A stretch of DNA of 64,000 nucleotides from the NCBI GenBank assembly GCA_002104905.1, contig MCFE01000312.1, forward strand, positions 1 to 64,000, written 5' to 3'. The first letter of the stretch is position 1, and each line of letters starts with the position of its first letter. Below the pieces are notes generated by a model. It did no database searches. It was not told the DNA's origin and saw only the letters and a list, made by a program, of their open reading frames with translations. The DNA comes from Basidiobolus meristosporus CBS 931.73. Taxonomy: Eukaryota > Fungi > Basidiobolomycota. Below, one piece after another: positions 26,654-38,382 of the stretch. A program made the position numbers and the translations under genes.

Positions 26654-28264
26654 TTATTCCCATTCGATGGTGGAAGGGGGCTTAGAGCTAACGTCATAGA
26701 CAACGCGATTGACACCCTTGACCTCGTTGATGATTCTGCTCGAGATCTTCTTAATGACGTCGTATGGCATAGGATACCAATCAGCAGTCATGAAATCGGT
26801 AGTCTCGACGGCACGGAGGGCAATGACCTGTTCGTAGGTACGCTTGTCACCCATTACACCAACCGACTTGATGGGGAGAAGTGCGGCGAAAGCTTGACTA
26901 GTCTTGCGGTATAGGCCGGCTTTCTTGATCTCCTCAATGTAAATGTGATCAGCAAGACGAGCAATCTCGACTTGGCTTGGTGTGACTTCTCCTAGAATAC
27001 GGATGGCAATGCCCGGTCCAGGGAAAGGATGGCGCCAGACAAGCTCGTCGTCAAGTCCCATAACCTTACCGAGGGAGCGCACCTCATCCTTGAACAACTC
27101 ACGAAGGGGCTCAATCAGCTTCAACTTCATGTCCTCCAATAAGCCTCCGACGTTGTGGTGGGTCTTGATGGTAGCGGATGGGCCCTTGAACGAGATGGAT
27201 TCGATCACATCGGGATACAGGGTGCCCTGGAGCAAGAACTCAATCTTGCCCTTGCCAATCTTCTCGGCTTCGATATCAAGAGCAGCAGCCTCACTCTCAA
27301 AGACTTCGATGAAGGTGTTACCAATGATCTTACGCTTCTTTTCAGGATCGGACACTCCCTTGAGTTTGCCCAAAAACAGATCAGCAGCATCCACAACCTT
27401 GAGGTTGATACCCAAGTGCTCACCGAGAATAGCCTTTACGTTTTGGCATTCGTTGAGACGCATGACACCGTTGTCAACAAGGATAGCGTGGAAGCGGTCG
27501 CCGATAGCCTCTGTCATCAACTTGGCAGCAACAGTGGAGTCAACACCACCAGACACGGCACCAACAACTTGAGCAGTTGGGCCGACGATCTTACGGATTC
27601 TCTCGATCTCCTTGTCAATGAACGATTCCATGGTCCAGTTGGCCTCGCACTCGCATACGTCGATGACGAAATTCTTGAGAAGAACAGTTCCTTGAGGAGT
27701 GTGGGTTACCTCAGGGTGGAATTGAATACCGAAGATATGCTTCTCCTCGTTGGCGATAGCGGCGTAAGGGGCAGTGGCAGTTCTACCGATGACACGGTAT
27801 CCCTTGGGAGGCTCGGCCAATTGATCTCCGTGGGACATCCAAACTTGCATCTCACCTTCCAAGGTGTTGAAGAGACGATCAACGAAGGGATGCTCGTCGT
27901 GCTTGATGATATTCAGCATAGCGTGACCGTACTCACGATGTTCGCAGGGGGCCACCTTACCACCGTTGACCCAGGTGAGTTCTTGCAAGCCGTAACAGAT
28001 ACCGAGAACGGGGACGCCAAGATCGAAGACAGCAGGGTCGACGTGTGGAGCATCAGCATCATAGACCGAGTAGGGACTGCCAGAGAGAATGACACCCTTG
28101 GGTTTGAAGTGCAACTCGCTAATCTTCTGAGTGCAGGGGAGAAGCTCGCAGTAAACACCAACCTCACGAATACGACGGGTTATAAGATGCGAATATTGGG
28201 AGCCGAAGTCCAAAATAAGGACAGTATCATACAACTTGGAAACATCCGAGGTCTGAGCAGCCAT
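26654..28264 (-). CDS. GUA1: GMP synthase (glutamine-hydrolysing), intronless
   Basis: Motifs [16 protein letters not shown] (catalytic Cys), [43 protein letters not shown] and [13 protein letters not shown] at 28264. Confidence 0.98.
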   Translation of the reverse strand: MAAQTSDVSKLYDTVLILDFGSQYSHLITRRIREVGVYCELLPCTQKISELHFKPKGVILSGSPYSVYDADAPHVDPAVFDLGVPVLGICYGLQELTWVNGGKVAPCEHREYGHAMLNIIKHDEHPFVDRLFNTLEGEMQVWMSHGDQLAEPPKGYRVIGRTATAPYAAIANEEKHIFGIQFHPEVTHTPQGTVLLKNFVIDVCECEANWTMESFIDKEIERIRKIVGPTAQVVGAVSGGVDSTVAAKLMTEAIGDRFHAILVDNGVMRLNECQNVKAILGEHLGINLKVVDAADLFLGKLKGVSDPEKKRKIIGNTFIEVFESEAAALDIEAEKIGKGKIEFLLQGTLYPDVIESISFKGPSATIKTHHNVGGLLEDMKLKLIEPLRELFKDEVRSLGKVMGLDDELVWRHPFPGPGIAIRILGEVTPSQVEIARLADHIYIEEIKKAGLYRKTSQAFAALLPIKSVGVMGDKRTYEQVIALRAVETTDFMTADWYPMPYDVIKKISSRIINEVKGVNRVVYDVSSKPPSTIEWE

Positions 28265-29164
28265 TATCAACTATAACGTGGGGACGAAAGTGGGGAAAAA
28301 CTGGCGTTGCCGAAACTTGCTTACCGTTCACCCGCTTTTTCTACTTCGTCCTCGTTTTTTTTCTTCCTTGCTTAGTCCCATCCGACAGGTGGCTAGCCAA
28401 TTGGATGGCCTGGATCGGCTGGACTTTTTTTCTTACCTTGTTTGCCGGCCAAAAAGAGTCACACCATGGGTGGCCAGGATTGGCCCGCTCCGCGTGGAAT
28501 TAATGTATTCTCTTGCGCATACTAGTCTAAGAATAGAAGATGTGTGGTCAACGGTAGACCGAGGGAGCAAGAATTAGCAAACCATGTTAATTACGGCACC
28601 CACAACCAGTGGGATCGTAGATAGCGTCACCTATAAATTGCACTTGCCTGAAAGCGTAAAAATACACCGCCAACATGATCCTCGATAATCGATCTGCTGA
28701 GTGTATAACCTTGGTGGCGGGGAAATGTGGGATTTCAGATTGGAAAGCGCGGCAGCTGCAACGCAACCTGATGGCTGCATTTTCATATATTTAATTAGTC
28801 TGTAGCGATGTCGAGCCAATCCGTTAGTGGAGCCTATCGATAAAGTTGGGAACGCCTCTGATGGTGTCAAATCCCCAGTAACTTGGTAGTGACATGTTAA
28901 GGGATCCCAGCAAATGGGTTTCATAATACCAACCGTTGCTCAGGCTCCTTCCAAAACTTGACTTCAAGCAGTCTCTAGTTGGCTAAGCATGCCTCTGGTA
29001 GAGAAATGCGATCGGGCAAGGCCCATTAATACGGCCCACTATTTGTGACAACTATTCTACTATTTCTGTGTACCCGAATGGTATAAAAGCTCCCTCCGCG
29101 CTCAGATGTTATCAACAACTAGCTAATCTGCCCAAGTAACACTCATTCTATCTCTAACCATACG

Positions 29165-30124
29165 ATGAAGCTTCATTCTATACTTTTGCTTGTGTCAATC
29201 AGTAAGTGGAAAGATCCCCACTGGTGTGGTTGCAGGCTCTGACCTCAAATCGACCCTCTATAGGCTGCGCGATGCTTGTCGGTGCTGAGGAGCTGAAGAA
29301 GCTGAACAACAACAAAGGTAGAACTGATGGAGGGCAATTGATCATTTGAATGCAAACTAAGCGTTACGTTGATAGGAGGAGTTGGGACGGCATCTCTGAA
29401 GCTCACTTACACAATTCTGTTTCCATTACCACCGATTACCATGGCTCCGATCTCGCCTACCTTTCAGCCCGTAGCTTCTCCTACTCCAACCTACACGTTT
29501 TATTCATCATTAAACCCGACTCTGCCCTTCACAAACCCATTGGTAACCCCTACGGGAGGGGTTATCTCTAACGGAGGCAATGGAGGAATCTCAAATGGCA
29601 TGTCATTTACCTCTGCTAATCCTGGCGAAGTAGGCCCTGTTTACAGCACTGCCATTGGCGGTGGCAGTGGTAGTGGTAGTGGTGGCGGCGGCGCAGTGGG
29701 GCCTATCTATAGCTCTGTCGGACCGGTCTATAGCCCAGTAAATAGTGGTGCAGTAGGGCCTGTTTACAGCTCGTTTGATCCATTCGCGACCCAGGGCATG
29801 CAACCGACAGTCACGGCAGCTTTATTCGACCCCTTGAATCAAGGGAACGTTCAAGACCAAGTGGCGCCCGTACAAGTAGTAATGGACGCAGCCTCTCCTG
29901 CTGGGTCGTCTTCTCCTCCGGAAGGTACCTATGTTATGGTCAAATCCGAGCAAGGTGATCCTTGGCTGCTTCCCTACAACCAGGACTCGATAGGCAGGGG
30001 CCCCGTAGTTGTGTTCGGCAACAATGACCAAAGGAAGGTGAGATCTGGGCAACTAGGTATTATCGCTTACCTGGGTCAAGCAAATATACTTTGGTGGCTG
30101 ATTGCCCTTCTTTTGAGCTATTGA
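29165..30124 (+). CDS. Secreted Gly/Ser/Pro-rich protein with hydrophobic C-terminus (possible GPI or cell-surface protein), 3 exons
   Basis: Signal peptide MKLHSILLLVSIS/CAMLVGA across a GTAAGT...TATAG intron; a second GTAGAA...GATAG intron joins the 29369 ORF. Four VGP(V/I)YS repeats; ends ILWWLIALLLSY. Confidence 0.75.
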
Positions 30125-30646
30125 TTAACACAATCCCCTCTCTGAAATCTATGGATATCTTGCACACAATGATCATGGCGTATTATATAGTTTTGTATTT
30201 GAATATTCCCTGAAAAGTATTGCATACATTGATTAAAATTTTCCAATCCCATCTGGAGCACTTCATGGTGAAAAACAAAGGGTGGTGCAGTGGCCATCTT
30301 CAACTCAATAAGGTTATTCCGGGGATTTTGTAGCCAAATTAATGCCAGGACTTCCTGATACAGTGGCCAATGTTCGTCTAGAGAAAAGCGGGTAAGCGTA
30401 AAAGGCGAATGCAGAGCGGGTGTCGAAGCCTACCGCAATACCGTTTTGTTAAACATGCATTTACTCAATTTCATCGACCATCATGTGATGAATCGTGGTT
30501 AACCTGCCAAGTGTGAATAAATTTTTCCATTTCCAGATTGTATGCCCATTTTTTTCTTCGATTTTTTTGAATTTCAATGAAGATACTCGAACCACGGGGT
30601 TATCATTTCACGACAGTAAACAAGCAGGAGGCTTTTGAAATTCCAC

Positions 30647-32113
30647 ATGGGTAGACAAATTGCTTTAGGTTTAGAAGGGTCTGCCAACAAACTTGGTGTG
30701 GGGATTATCCTCCATGATGGAGATGACGTTCAAGTTCTCGCCAACATTCGTCACACATACATTACTCCCCCAGGACAAGGCTTTCTCCCCAGAGACACTG
30801 CTGCGCATCATCGCGAACATGTTTTGCCACTCATTAAACGCTCTTTAGAAGAAGCAAAGCTCACCCCTAAAGACATTGACGTCATCTGCTATACTAAAGG
30901 TTATTTTCAATTCTTGAAGTTTTCCGGATCACAGCCTTGAATGATTAGCTTCCGACTGACCAATCTTCCTATATTGATGGTAGGCCCTGGTATGGGTGGT
31001 CCCCTTGTTTCGGTTGCTATTGTGGCTCGTACACTATCCCAACTCTGGGGAAAGCCCATTGTAGGCGTTAATCACTGCATTGGACGTATGTTGAACCATT
31101 CAATGATCATATTAAGGTTCCAGTTTATTGACTACGATTCCTGCAGATATCGAGATGGGCCGACAAATTACTGGTGCCAACAATCCAATTGTATTATATG
31201 TTAGCGGTGGCAATACGCAAGTGATCGCATATTCTCAAAACAGGTTTGCTTGAAGTTTCCACTTGTGCTCACAAAGTACAACACGATTTCTTACACTGTG
31301 TTGTTATAGATATCGAATCTTCGGTGAGACCTTGGATATCGCTATTGGCAATTGCCTGGACCGTTTTGCTCGTATTCTGAACCTCTCCAATGACCCAAGC
31401 CCTGGTTACAATATTGAGCAATACGCCAAACGGTAACTGTTCAACTTACCAGTTGATGCTCAAGTAATTCTACTAATCAGTGTTTTAGCGGCAAGAAGTT
31501 CATTGAACTGCCCTACACTGTGAAAGGGATGGATGTTTCATTTTCAGGCATTCTGTCATATATTGAAGGCGTTGCCCGTGATTCCCTTGCCAAAGGAGAG
31601 TGTACTCCTGAGGATCTCTGCTTCTCGTTACAGGAGACACTCTTTGCAATGCTTGTGGAGACTACCGAGAGAGCAATGGCCCATGTAGGATCCAAAGAGG
31701 TGTTGATTGTTGGTGGTGTAGGATGTATGTTTACGAAGTTATTGCCGCATCGATCAGAAGTTTGTACTAAGGGATGATTCATAGGCAACGTACGCCTTCA
31801 GGAAATGATGGCAAAAATGGCGGAAGAACGAGGTGGAATGGTCTTTGCTACTGACGAAAGGTAGGTCTGGCACAGTGTATCGTGCTTTCTATTTTTACTA
31901 ACATGACCCCTCCACTAGATTTTGTATCGACAACGGGATCATGATTGCGCAAGCGGGTATCCTAGCTTATCAAACAGGCTACACCACACCTCTCGAAGAG
32001 ACCACATGCACTCAACGGTAAGACACCCATCAATCGCGCAGTGTGACTGGTTTACTGACCCAGCATCATTCAGATTCCGAACTGATCAGGTGTATGTCGC
32101 ATGGAGAGATTAA
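30647..32113 (+). CDS. KAE1: tRNA N6-threonylcarbamoyltransferase Kae1/OSGEP (KEOPS), multi-exon
   Basis: Motifs [90 protein letters not shown] and [13 protein letters not shown]. Confidence 0.97.
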
Positions 32114-32497
32114 ACGGGCCCATGTGGGGGAATCTCTATGCTAAATAAACATAACATAGATGTATTTGTATAGGACGATGATGTAGTGAGCAAATACGAG
32201 AACCGCTGATGTTTCTTAGGAACCTACAATCTTTGGGGGAGATATCGGTTGTGCCAAAATTTCCACATCTCACCTAAGCATCGTATCAGCAAGCAAATCC
32301 AATAAAGATCCATTCATTCGGAGTCACAAATTCAATCATGATATCGAGATGGTATTTGCTGATTTTAGGGTAGTGAAGTGATCCCTCAGCTCATGAAATT
32401 TCTCGTGGATGTAGAAAAATTTCTATGCGGAGTAGAAGCGGACTAATCGGTCACTACAAGCAGCACTTGATTCCCCATTTGCCTCACATAATACAAC

Positions 32498-32914
32498 ATG
32501 GATTTCAATCACCTCTCAGCCGCAGAACGCTCCCACATGGAGCAAATAATGCAAGATAAGCAAGTAAGTTTCCTATCCCGACATCATACGAAGCCAGCCA
32601 CCATTGACATTCCTTTGTGTAGATGAAAGATTTCATGCGCCTGTACTCCTCCCTTGTCCAAAGATGTTTTAGTGATTGTATCGGGGATTTCACCACGAAA
32701 GCGCTCACTACCAGAGAGGTAAATCTCCCAACTCGGTCGACGGGGTAGCTTCATTGAACTCACCTGTCTTTTTCAGGATACTTGTGTGAACCGCTGCATT
32801 GAGAAGTTTTTGAAGCACAACGATCGTATTGGCCAGCGTTTCGCGGAGCAAAATGCCGCGATGTTGGCTCAACAGCAACAGCAACCAACTTCCCCCTTTC
32901 AAACCACCTTATAA
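32498..32914 (+). CDS. TIM9: Mitochondrial IMS chaperone Tim9, 3 exons
   Basis: Spliced product [41 protein letters not shown]...[29 protein letters not shown] has the twin CX3C. It is absent from the ORF track. Confidence 0.95.
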
Positions 32915-34930
32915 GCATCGTGCTCGGAGTCATTCACACATATTTTGTGGGGGTGCGCGGATGTATCCCTTTAAGCCGTGTCTTCCTGTCAAGGCGGTTA
33001 TTGCATATTAAATAGAAAAGGATTGATGTATCGATGGCACTATTCCATTGGGAAACTTTTCCAACATCAACACTAACCCAAGCAATAATATTAAAGTATG
33101 CATTTGGAACCAACAGCGATTCCGATCATTTAGACTAGATCCACCATTAGTCTTGAGCAAAATATCCTGGCCTGAATTGAGTTTCAGCAGCATGCGCTGA
33201 ATACTCTAATTTCCATTGTCTACGGGGTTGTCCAACGTGCTTCTCATACCCGTTTAGGTCAGTTGCTTTCAGGCAAGGCGTCAAACGAATCCTTCGCAGC
33301 CAATGCTAGTTGGGCATGCAACCCGCAGCTAGTCTCTAGCTAGTTCAATGCTATTGTATCATCGACCGACAGTTGAAAAGCTCCAATCCAAGGAACAGAT
33401 GGATCGATGTACAAATCTTCTATGGCACTTCAATGAAAAGAGTTGTATGATAGTCACAATGTAACATTGTAATGTAGAGGTGGCTCTTGATCGACTTGAC
33501 TCATGCCCTGGAGTTCTATGGGTGATTTTTACTCGATAGCGAGCACGTTGGTGCTGAAACCTCGATGTATTTTGGGTGTGCCTGCTTCTACATTGCTACA
33601 GAGAAGCAATGTGGAGTACAGCGAATAGAAATGATATTCAGGAAACGACTTCGGGACGACTGTAAATCGCGGAGGTTTCGATCTCTTTTATGAAATAAAC
33701 AATGAGTTGATAGTATTACTTACAGTGCTCAGGCTGAATGAAGTCAAGCCCCATTTAAACCGATAGTTACGCCCATGCACAGTAAGTATGTGTCTGGTTC
33801 AATTGGCCTCACATTGCCAACGAGGGTAGGAGTCAAGGTGGTTTCTGTAGATCAGATGCTCATATTGGTTCCTTTGCGCTGTGGTGGAAATGAGCCCTCG
33901 CCATATTCCCACGATTCGATGGCACCCTGCATGTAGACTTGATTCAATGCTGACACACCGTGATGCAGATCTGATTCTCTACTCCTGACCCGTTTACACA
34001 ACTGACAAAACCAGAGTGTATCAAACCACCTGGACTCGATGTAATTTGGTACGATCGTTTGCACCATATTACACGATCTACCCAGTGAAATACAGACGCA
34101 CCTACCTCTCTCAATAGGATGGATGACACCACAGAGTCCTCCAACATTTGTACGTCTTGAAGCCTCTGGGATGAATATGTATACTGAGCCTAAACGCAAT
34201 ATAATTTGCTGATGAATTCAGTTGGATATTTAACCATGACCAAACGAAACCGCAAAGCTAGCTTCACGCGAGCGATGAGTAATGCTGGTAACACCGAATG
34301 TATAGCTACATGGACACTGCTCGGAAGGCTTGTACATCTCTCTGGTTGCCTAGAAAACGGAATGATGCGAATTGTGTGGTGCTGTTTAGTTTTTGTGACG
34401 TCGGCAACTCAAGGACAACTTCTTGATTGTCAGGTTACACTGAATCCATCATGATCGCTCTCGTCGTCTTCATCGAGGGATTTGCAGTGTTATGAAGCCC
34501 GTAACATCGCTCTCTATGATGAAACTGGAATACTTATGATATCATTTCGGTTGGACCTACCAAAACTGGCATTTAGGCACAGGATTCAGAATGATAGGGC
34601 AAGCGCTTAGTTAGACTCGACAATGTGTAAGAGCTTCCCTGGAGTTTAATATTGACTGCAGAAGCCCGATTTGAATGATAACCAGGTAGCGTTCTGCCTA
34701 CTCGCACGAGCCTCAACTTGATCATGTACGATAAAGGTAAAGCACAGCCCCCTTCACTAATAGTGATTTGAATCACACCTGAAACAATAGGACACTGATG
34801 CTTTCCTAGATATGTGCATTATTTGCATTGGGAGGGGCATCGACAATAAATACAGTGACATCCCTCCCTTGAGATGATAGCCATCCTCTCTTCTAGATGA
34901 CCCATGCTTTCCCAGATCCACCTCGCACCA

Positions 34931-36013
34931 ATGTTCAAAGTTTCTGAAGTCGCCTTTGGTAGGTCAAGGTAGACGCAGTCTATCGTACTGTAATTAATTG
35001 GCTTGAAATCGCTAGGCGATTGTCCTAAGATTGCAACATGCTTGAACAAAAGCTACCAAACTGGTAAATCTTTTTGAACCTGTTCTCATGAAGACCAACT
35101 GACCATGTCACCCTAGATCCAGTGGTAGAATACATTGTGAAAACCATTCGCAAGGTACTTTGGATTCCCCTCGGTTTGCCACGTGATTCACCATTGAAGC
35201 CCTTAGTTACAGGACAAAGAACGCTGCATATTTCGGTTGGCATATTCAGAATTCGTGGCCAAAGTAGGATTATATCGGGGCGTTGTCTACCAGGTAGACA
35301 GCTTTAATGGAGTAGCCATATGGTAATGCTTTTGTCACTTGACCGTCTCGTAGCCCAAATCGGTTTCTCAACAATCATTTTGAGTATTTAGCGTTCCCCC
35401 AGGTAGACACCCATACAGCAAGCTCGCGTTGTTGCGCGCAGGGATATTGAATCTCTTTTTCGTATCTGGATGGGAGCCATTGAGGGTAACAAATTGATAG
35501 GACTGAGCCAACCTCTACACCTGATTAATCTGCCCACCTTGAACCAGAGGGTGATATTCGAATACTTGAAGTATTCCCAAAAAATACTGCAACGCACGTT
35601 AGGATTCCGCGCTTGCTACTGCATAATGTATCTAAGCACTGTTCCCAACGATCATGAAATAGGTAACGAGCACAGTTTCATCGTAAATTACTCATCACTC
35701 AACTTGCATCCAGATTACATAACTTCCTTAACCACCCACATCATAAGAAAGGTACATCCCCCTCTCTGCCCCTGAATTTCCATCCCAAGCATAATCCCGA
35801 AACCAACCGACTTCTAAACCAATTCTCTAGGCCGATCGTGAAGGAAAGCCCTGCTACATCGAGAACGTTCAAGAAAACCTTACTACGATATATAGAAGTT
35901 TGGGGTTTTGCATTGTAGGAAAATTCCATTTGGGAGCTCAGCGTAAAGTGACAGTAACATGCTTTATTCGAGAGACAAGAGACCTTGCACGTGCCACATA
36001 TGGTCTAGAATAA
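34931..36013 (+). CDS. GNAT-family N-acetyltransferase-like protein, 8 exons
   Basis: Manual splicing through seven GT-AG introns gives one open frame: MFKVSEVAFG/DCPKIATCLNKSYQT/DPVVEY...VDSFNGVAI/CVPPG...LRAGILNLFFVSGWEPLR/RVIFEY...IMYLSTVPNDHEI/DYITSLTTHIIRK/ADREGKPCYIEN...IYRSLGFCIVG. The AD.EG.PCY.E...Y...GF pattern is typical of fungal GNATs. Confidence 0.75.
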
Positions 36014-36961
36014 GCCAGGACATTTTACCAGAGGAAATCATATAATCCATCTCTCTATGCGAACATAAAAAGCATACACTAATATCTGCTTCGCTTCAGC
36101 CCAAACTGCTCTCCATAATCCTATTGTCTAACATCAATGCCATACACTCGGTGAACAGCCCTCATCTGGTTGTGGGGCTGCTCTATCGGGAGAGCCACAA
36201 GAACGGGACGTTGTTCACACATACCTCAATTTCTCACTGACAATACCAACCCTTACGCCATACCAGACATGCATTCCAGATTTATCAGTGTAAATTGTAA
36301 TTACTATTACCTTTTATGAATTCGACGAAACTCTTTCAGCTCCAAGTGGCTGGACATCTTTGGAGTTTCGCTGACCCATTATGATAATCTAGTTTATGCA
36401 TCAACACACATATGAATTCCGAAGAATGGAGAAATCCCTACAGTCTGCTTAAATCATTGGCAGTCTATTCGTTTCACTCATAACGCTCAATAAATCTCGG
36501 GGACAATACGAATCGAATACGGACCGACGTGGGCTTTGATGAATACCGTATCATGCTACAACGTTGTAACCATTCACCAAGAGAAAGATTCAGCCTTCGA
36601 GTGATTTTCATATCCACAGCTTTTACTAGATGAAAAAATGAAATTGCCATCACATGGCACCTGACCTGGGAAATGTCTGTTTGCCTTTGTGTTTGAAGTA
36701 TATTGCTGTAGGTTCAGGTTCACCATATTTAACGAAAATTGACGTGGTAAATTGCTTCTATACACAGCCAAACTTTATATTGTGCGTCGATATAGGATAA
36801 AGGGAGGTCAGGCATCCTCAATTCTGGTAAATGGAGAGTGATGATATTTGTCAAGTAGGCCTTAGTCAAAGCAGGGCATAAAGAGAACTGCCTCCACACA
36901 AACCAGAATTTGTGAGGAGTAAAGCGTATATCGAACCCAGTGCCGCAGCAACTATGAGTGC

Positions 36962-37284
36962 TCACTCCAGGTCGTTGTCGTTGAAATCGTCTTCGAAATC
37001 TGATTGGTAAAAAACGATGTTCAGTAGGACATCGACGCGGAACATATCTATGCTAACTAACCATTGAAGAAGCCTTGGTCCACCAACTTGTCCTTGATTT
37101 TGCCCTCTTTTGTCAGATCGGCCGAGTCATCACTGGCGCCGAGATGTTCGGGGTTCCTGGCAATAGCCTCTTGGATGACCTCCTCCATAGGGTCGTTCAC
37201 TAGCTCTAAAATAAATCAGTTACACATTTTGCCTAGGTGATGTAAGTTGGTGTAGCAGGAAGAGCTACCTTCGATATCAGACAT
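36962..37284 (-). CDS. COPS9: COPS9/CSN9 (MYEOV2)-like acidic microprotein, 65 aa, 3 exons
   Basis: Spliced MSDIE/ELVNDPMEEVIQEAIARNPEHLGASDDSADLTKEGKIKDKLVDQGFFN/DFEDDFNDNDLE*. The FFNDFED-acidic tail resembles the COPS9 C-terminus. It is absent from the ORF track. Confidence 0.6.
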
Positions 37285-37647
37285 GATGGAAAGAAAGGAG
37301 GAATGACCGGACATCCCTGGATACGCAACCATAAATATACATGGGTGAAATCAAATATGGATGTTATTTAATCATTGAGGTGGCCATTTACTACGTAATT
37401 TATCCACAGTATTTATCCTATGTATACAGGAGGAATTTTCTTGGTTGCACGAGCATCTGCTCTTTGAAATAATACCATCCAGAATGTTTATTAGGGTGGG
37501 TGGTACAATACGTCTGGTGTAGGCTTATAGTACAAGTATTCAATGGGACAAGGTTATGTGGATCAACCCAAAGGTATATCGTTGTATAGGGTTGCTCAAT
37601 CCGAAGGATATATATATATATACACTAGAGTTGGGAAACCAACAGAT

Positions 37648-38382
37648 TCAGCCTTGGTACACCCGCGCCAAGGTGGACAGTGAGGCCAGCAAGGAAAGTT
37701 CAGAGAGTGGGCTGAGGTTCCCACACTGAGGTCCGTGCTGAAGGTTCTGAATTTTCCCCAAGAGGGAGGTGGAGCACTTGGTTTCGTTCGTTGGCAGATT
37801 CCAACTACGGCTCAACCATTTCACCCACAGGAGGAAGTCCCGATAGGTGACTCCAAGGTCATACCGAAACTGTCCAAGTAGCCAGCGCTCCAACATCGTC
37901 AGCTCGGCCCCAGCGATTCCTACTTTGCCTGACCACTCGGAGTTCCGAATGTTCACATCAAGATGATACTTGGAGCTGATTAGGAGGGAGGTGACGAACA
38001 ATTTGGTCAGGTGATCGGCGCTTGGATTCGAGGGATTCAGGGATAGTCGCAGTCGGTACAAGTATTTTACTGCTAATACAACTACCACGGTTGGTACCTC
38101 AAGACTCAGCAAGATGTTTGCGAAGGACTCCTTCAGCCGGGAAGAGGATTGCATGACTATCGGGCCACTTCTCTGGCTTGTAAAGTTAGGAGAGGTCCAG
38201 AGATAAGATACCACATTGGCTGCAAACTCAGCCATCCTGATGGTGGAGAGGTTGGGGAAGTGCTGGAGTAAGAACTGACGGGAATTGAGACTCGTGGGAG
38301 TCAACCCGAACACCTCTGGATGAAATGGTTGCTGGTCATGAGGGGTGGCGGGAATAAATATCGTGTTAAAGGAGTTAACCAT
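37648..38382 (-). CDS. PHO80/PCL-type (Clg1-like) cyclin
   Basis: Cyclin-box pattern VVVLAVKYLYRL...LFVTSLLISSKYHLDVNIRNSEWS...ELTMLERWLLGQFRYDLGV. TATAAAA lies about 65 bp upstream of the ATG at 38382. Confidence 0.85.
   Translation of the reverse strand: MVNSFNTIFIPATPHDQQPFHPEVFGLTPTSLNSRQFLLQHFPNLSTIRMAEFAANVVSYLWTSPNFTSQRSGPIVMQSSSRLKESFANILLSLEVPTVVVVLAVKYLYRLRLSLNPSNPSADHLTKLFVTSLLISSKYHLDVNIRNSEWSGKVGIAGAELTMLERWLLGQFRYDLGVTYRDFLLWVKWLSRSWNLPTNETKCSTSLLGKIQNLQHGPQCGNLSPLSELSLLASLSTLARVYQG

Noticed and set aside
26982-28276. Long plus-strand ORFs (373 aa and 196 aa) opposite GUA1
   Set aside because: Antisense shadows of a strongly codon-biased gene. They have non-ATG or implausible starts and no recognisable motifs.
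9739-32113. PRS, GUA1 and KAE1 as a nucleotide/tRNA metabolic gene cluster
   Set aside because: They are 16-20 kb apart, separated by unrelated genes, and all are ordinary housekeeping genes.
32176-32210. ATGATGT...CTGA as a C/D-box snoRNA
   Set aside because: Too short, the C box is imperfect, there is no terminal stem, and it lies in the KAE1 3' region.
33008-34776. Short ORFs and an EDLYIDP (GNAT-like) peptide on the minus strand
   Set aside because: Flanked by stops with no further motif support.
34931-37284. Apparent frameshifts in the GNAT and COPS9-like genes
   Set aside because: On recounting the homopolymer runs against the ORF track both genes splice into open frames.
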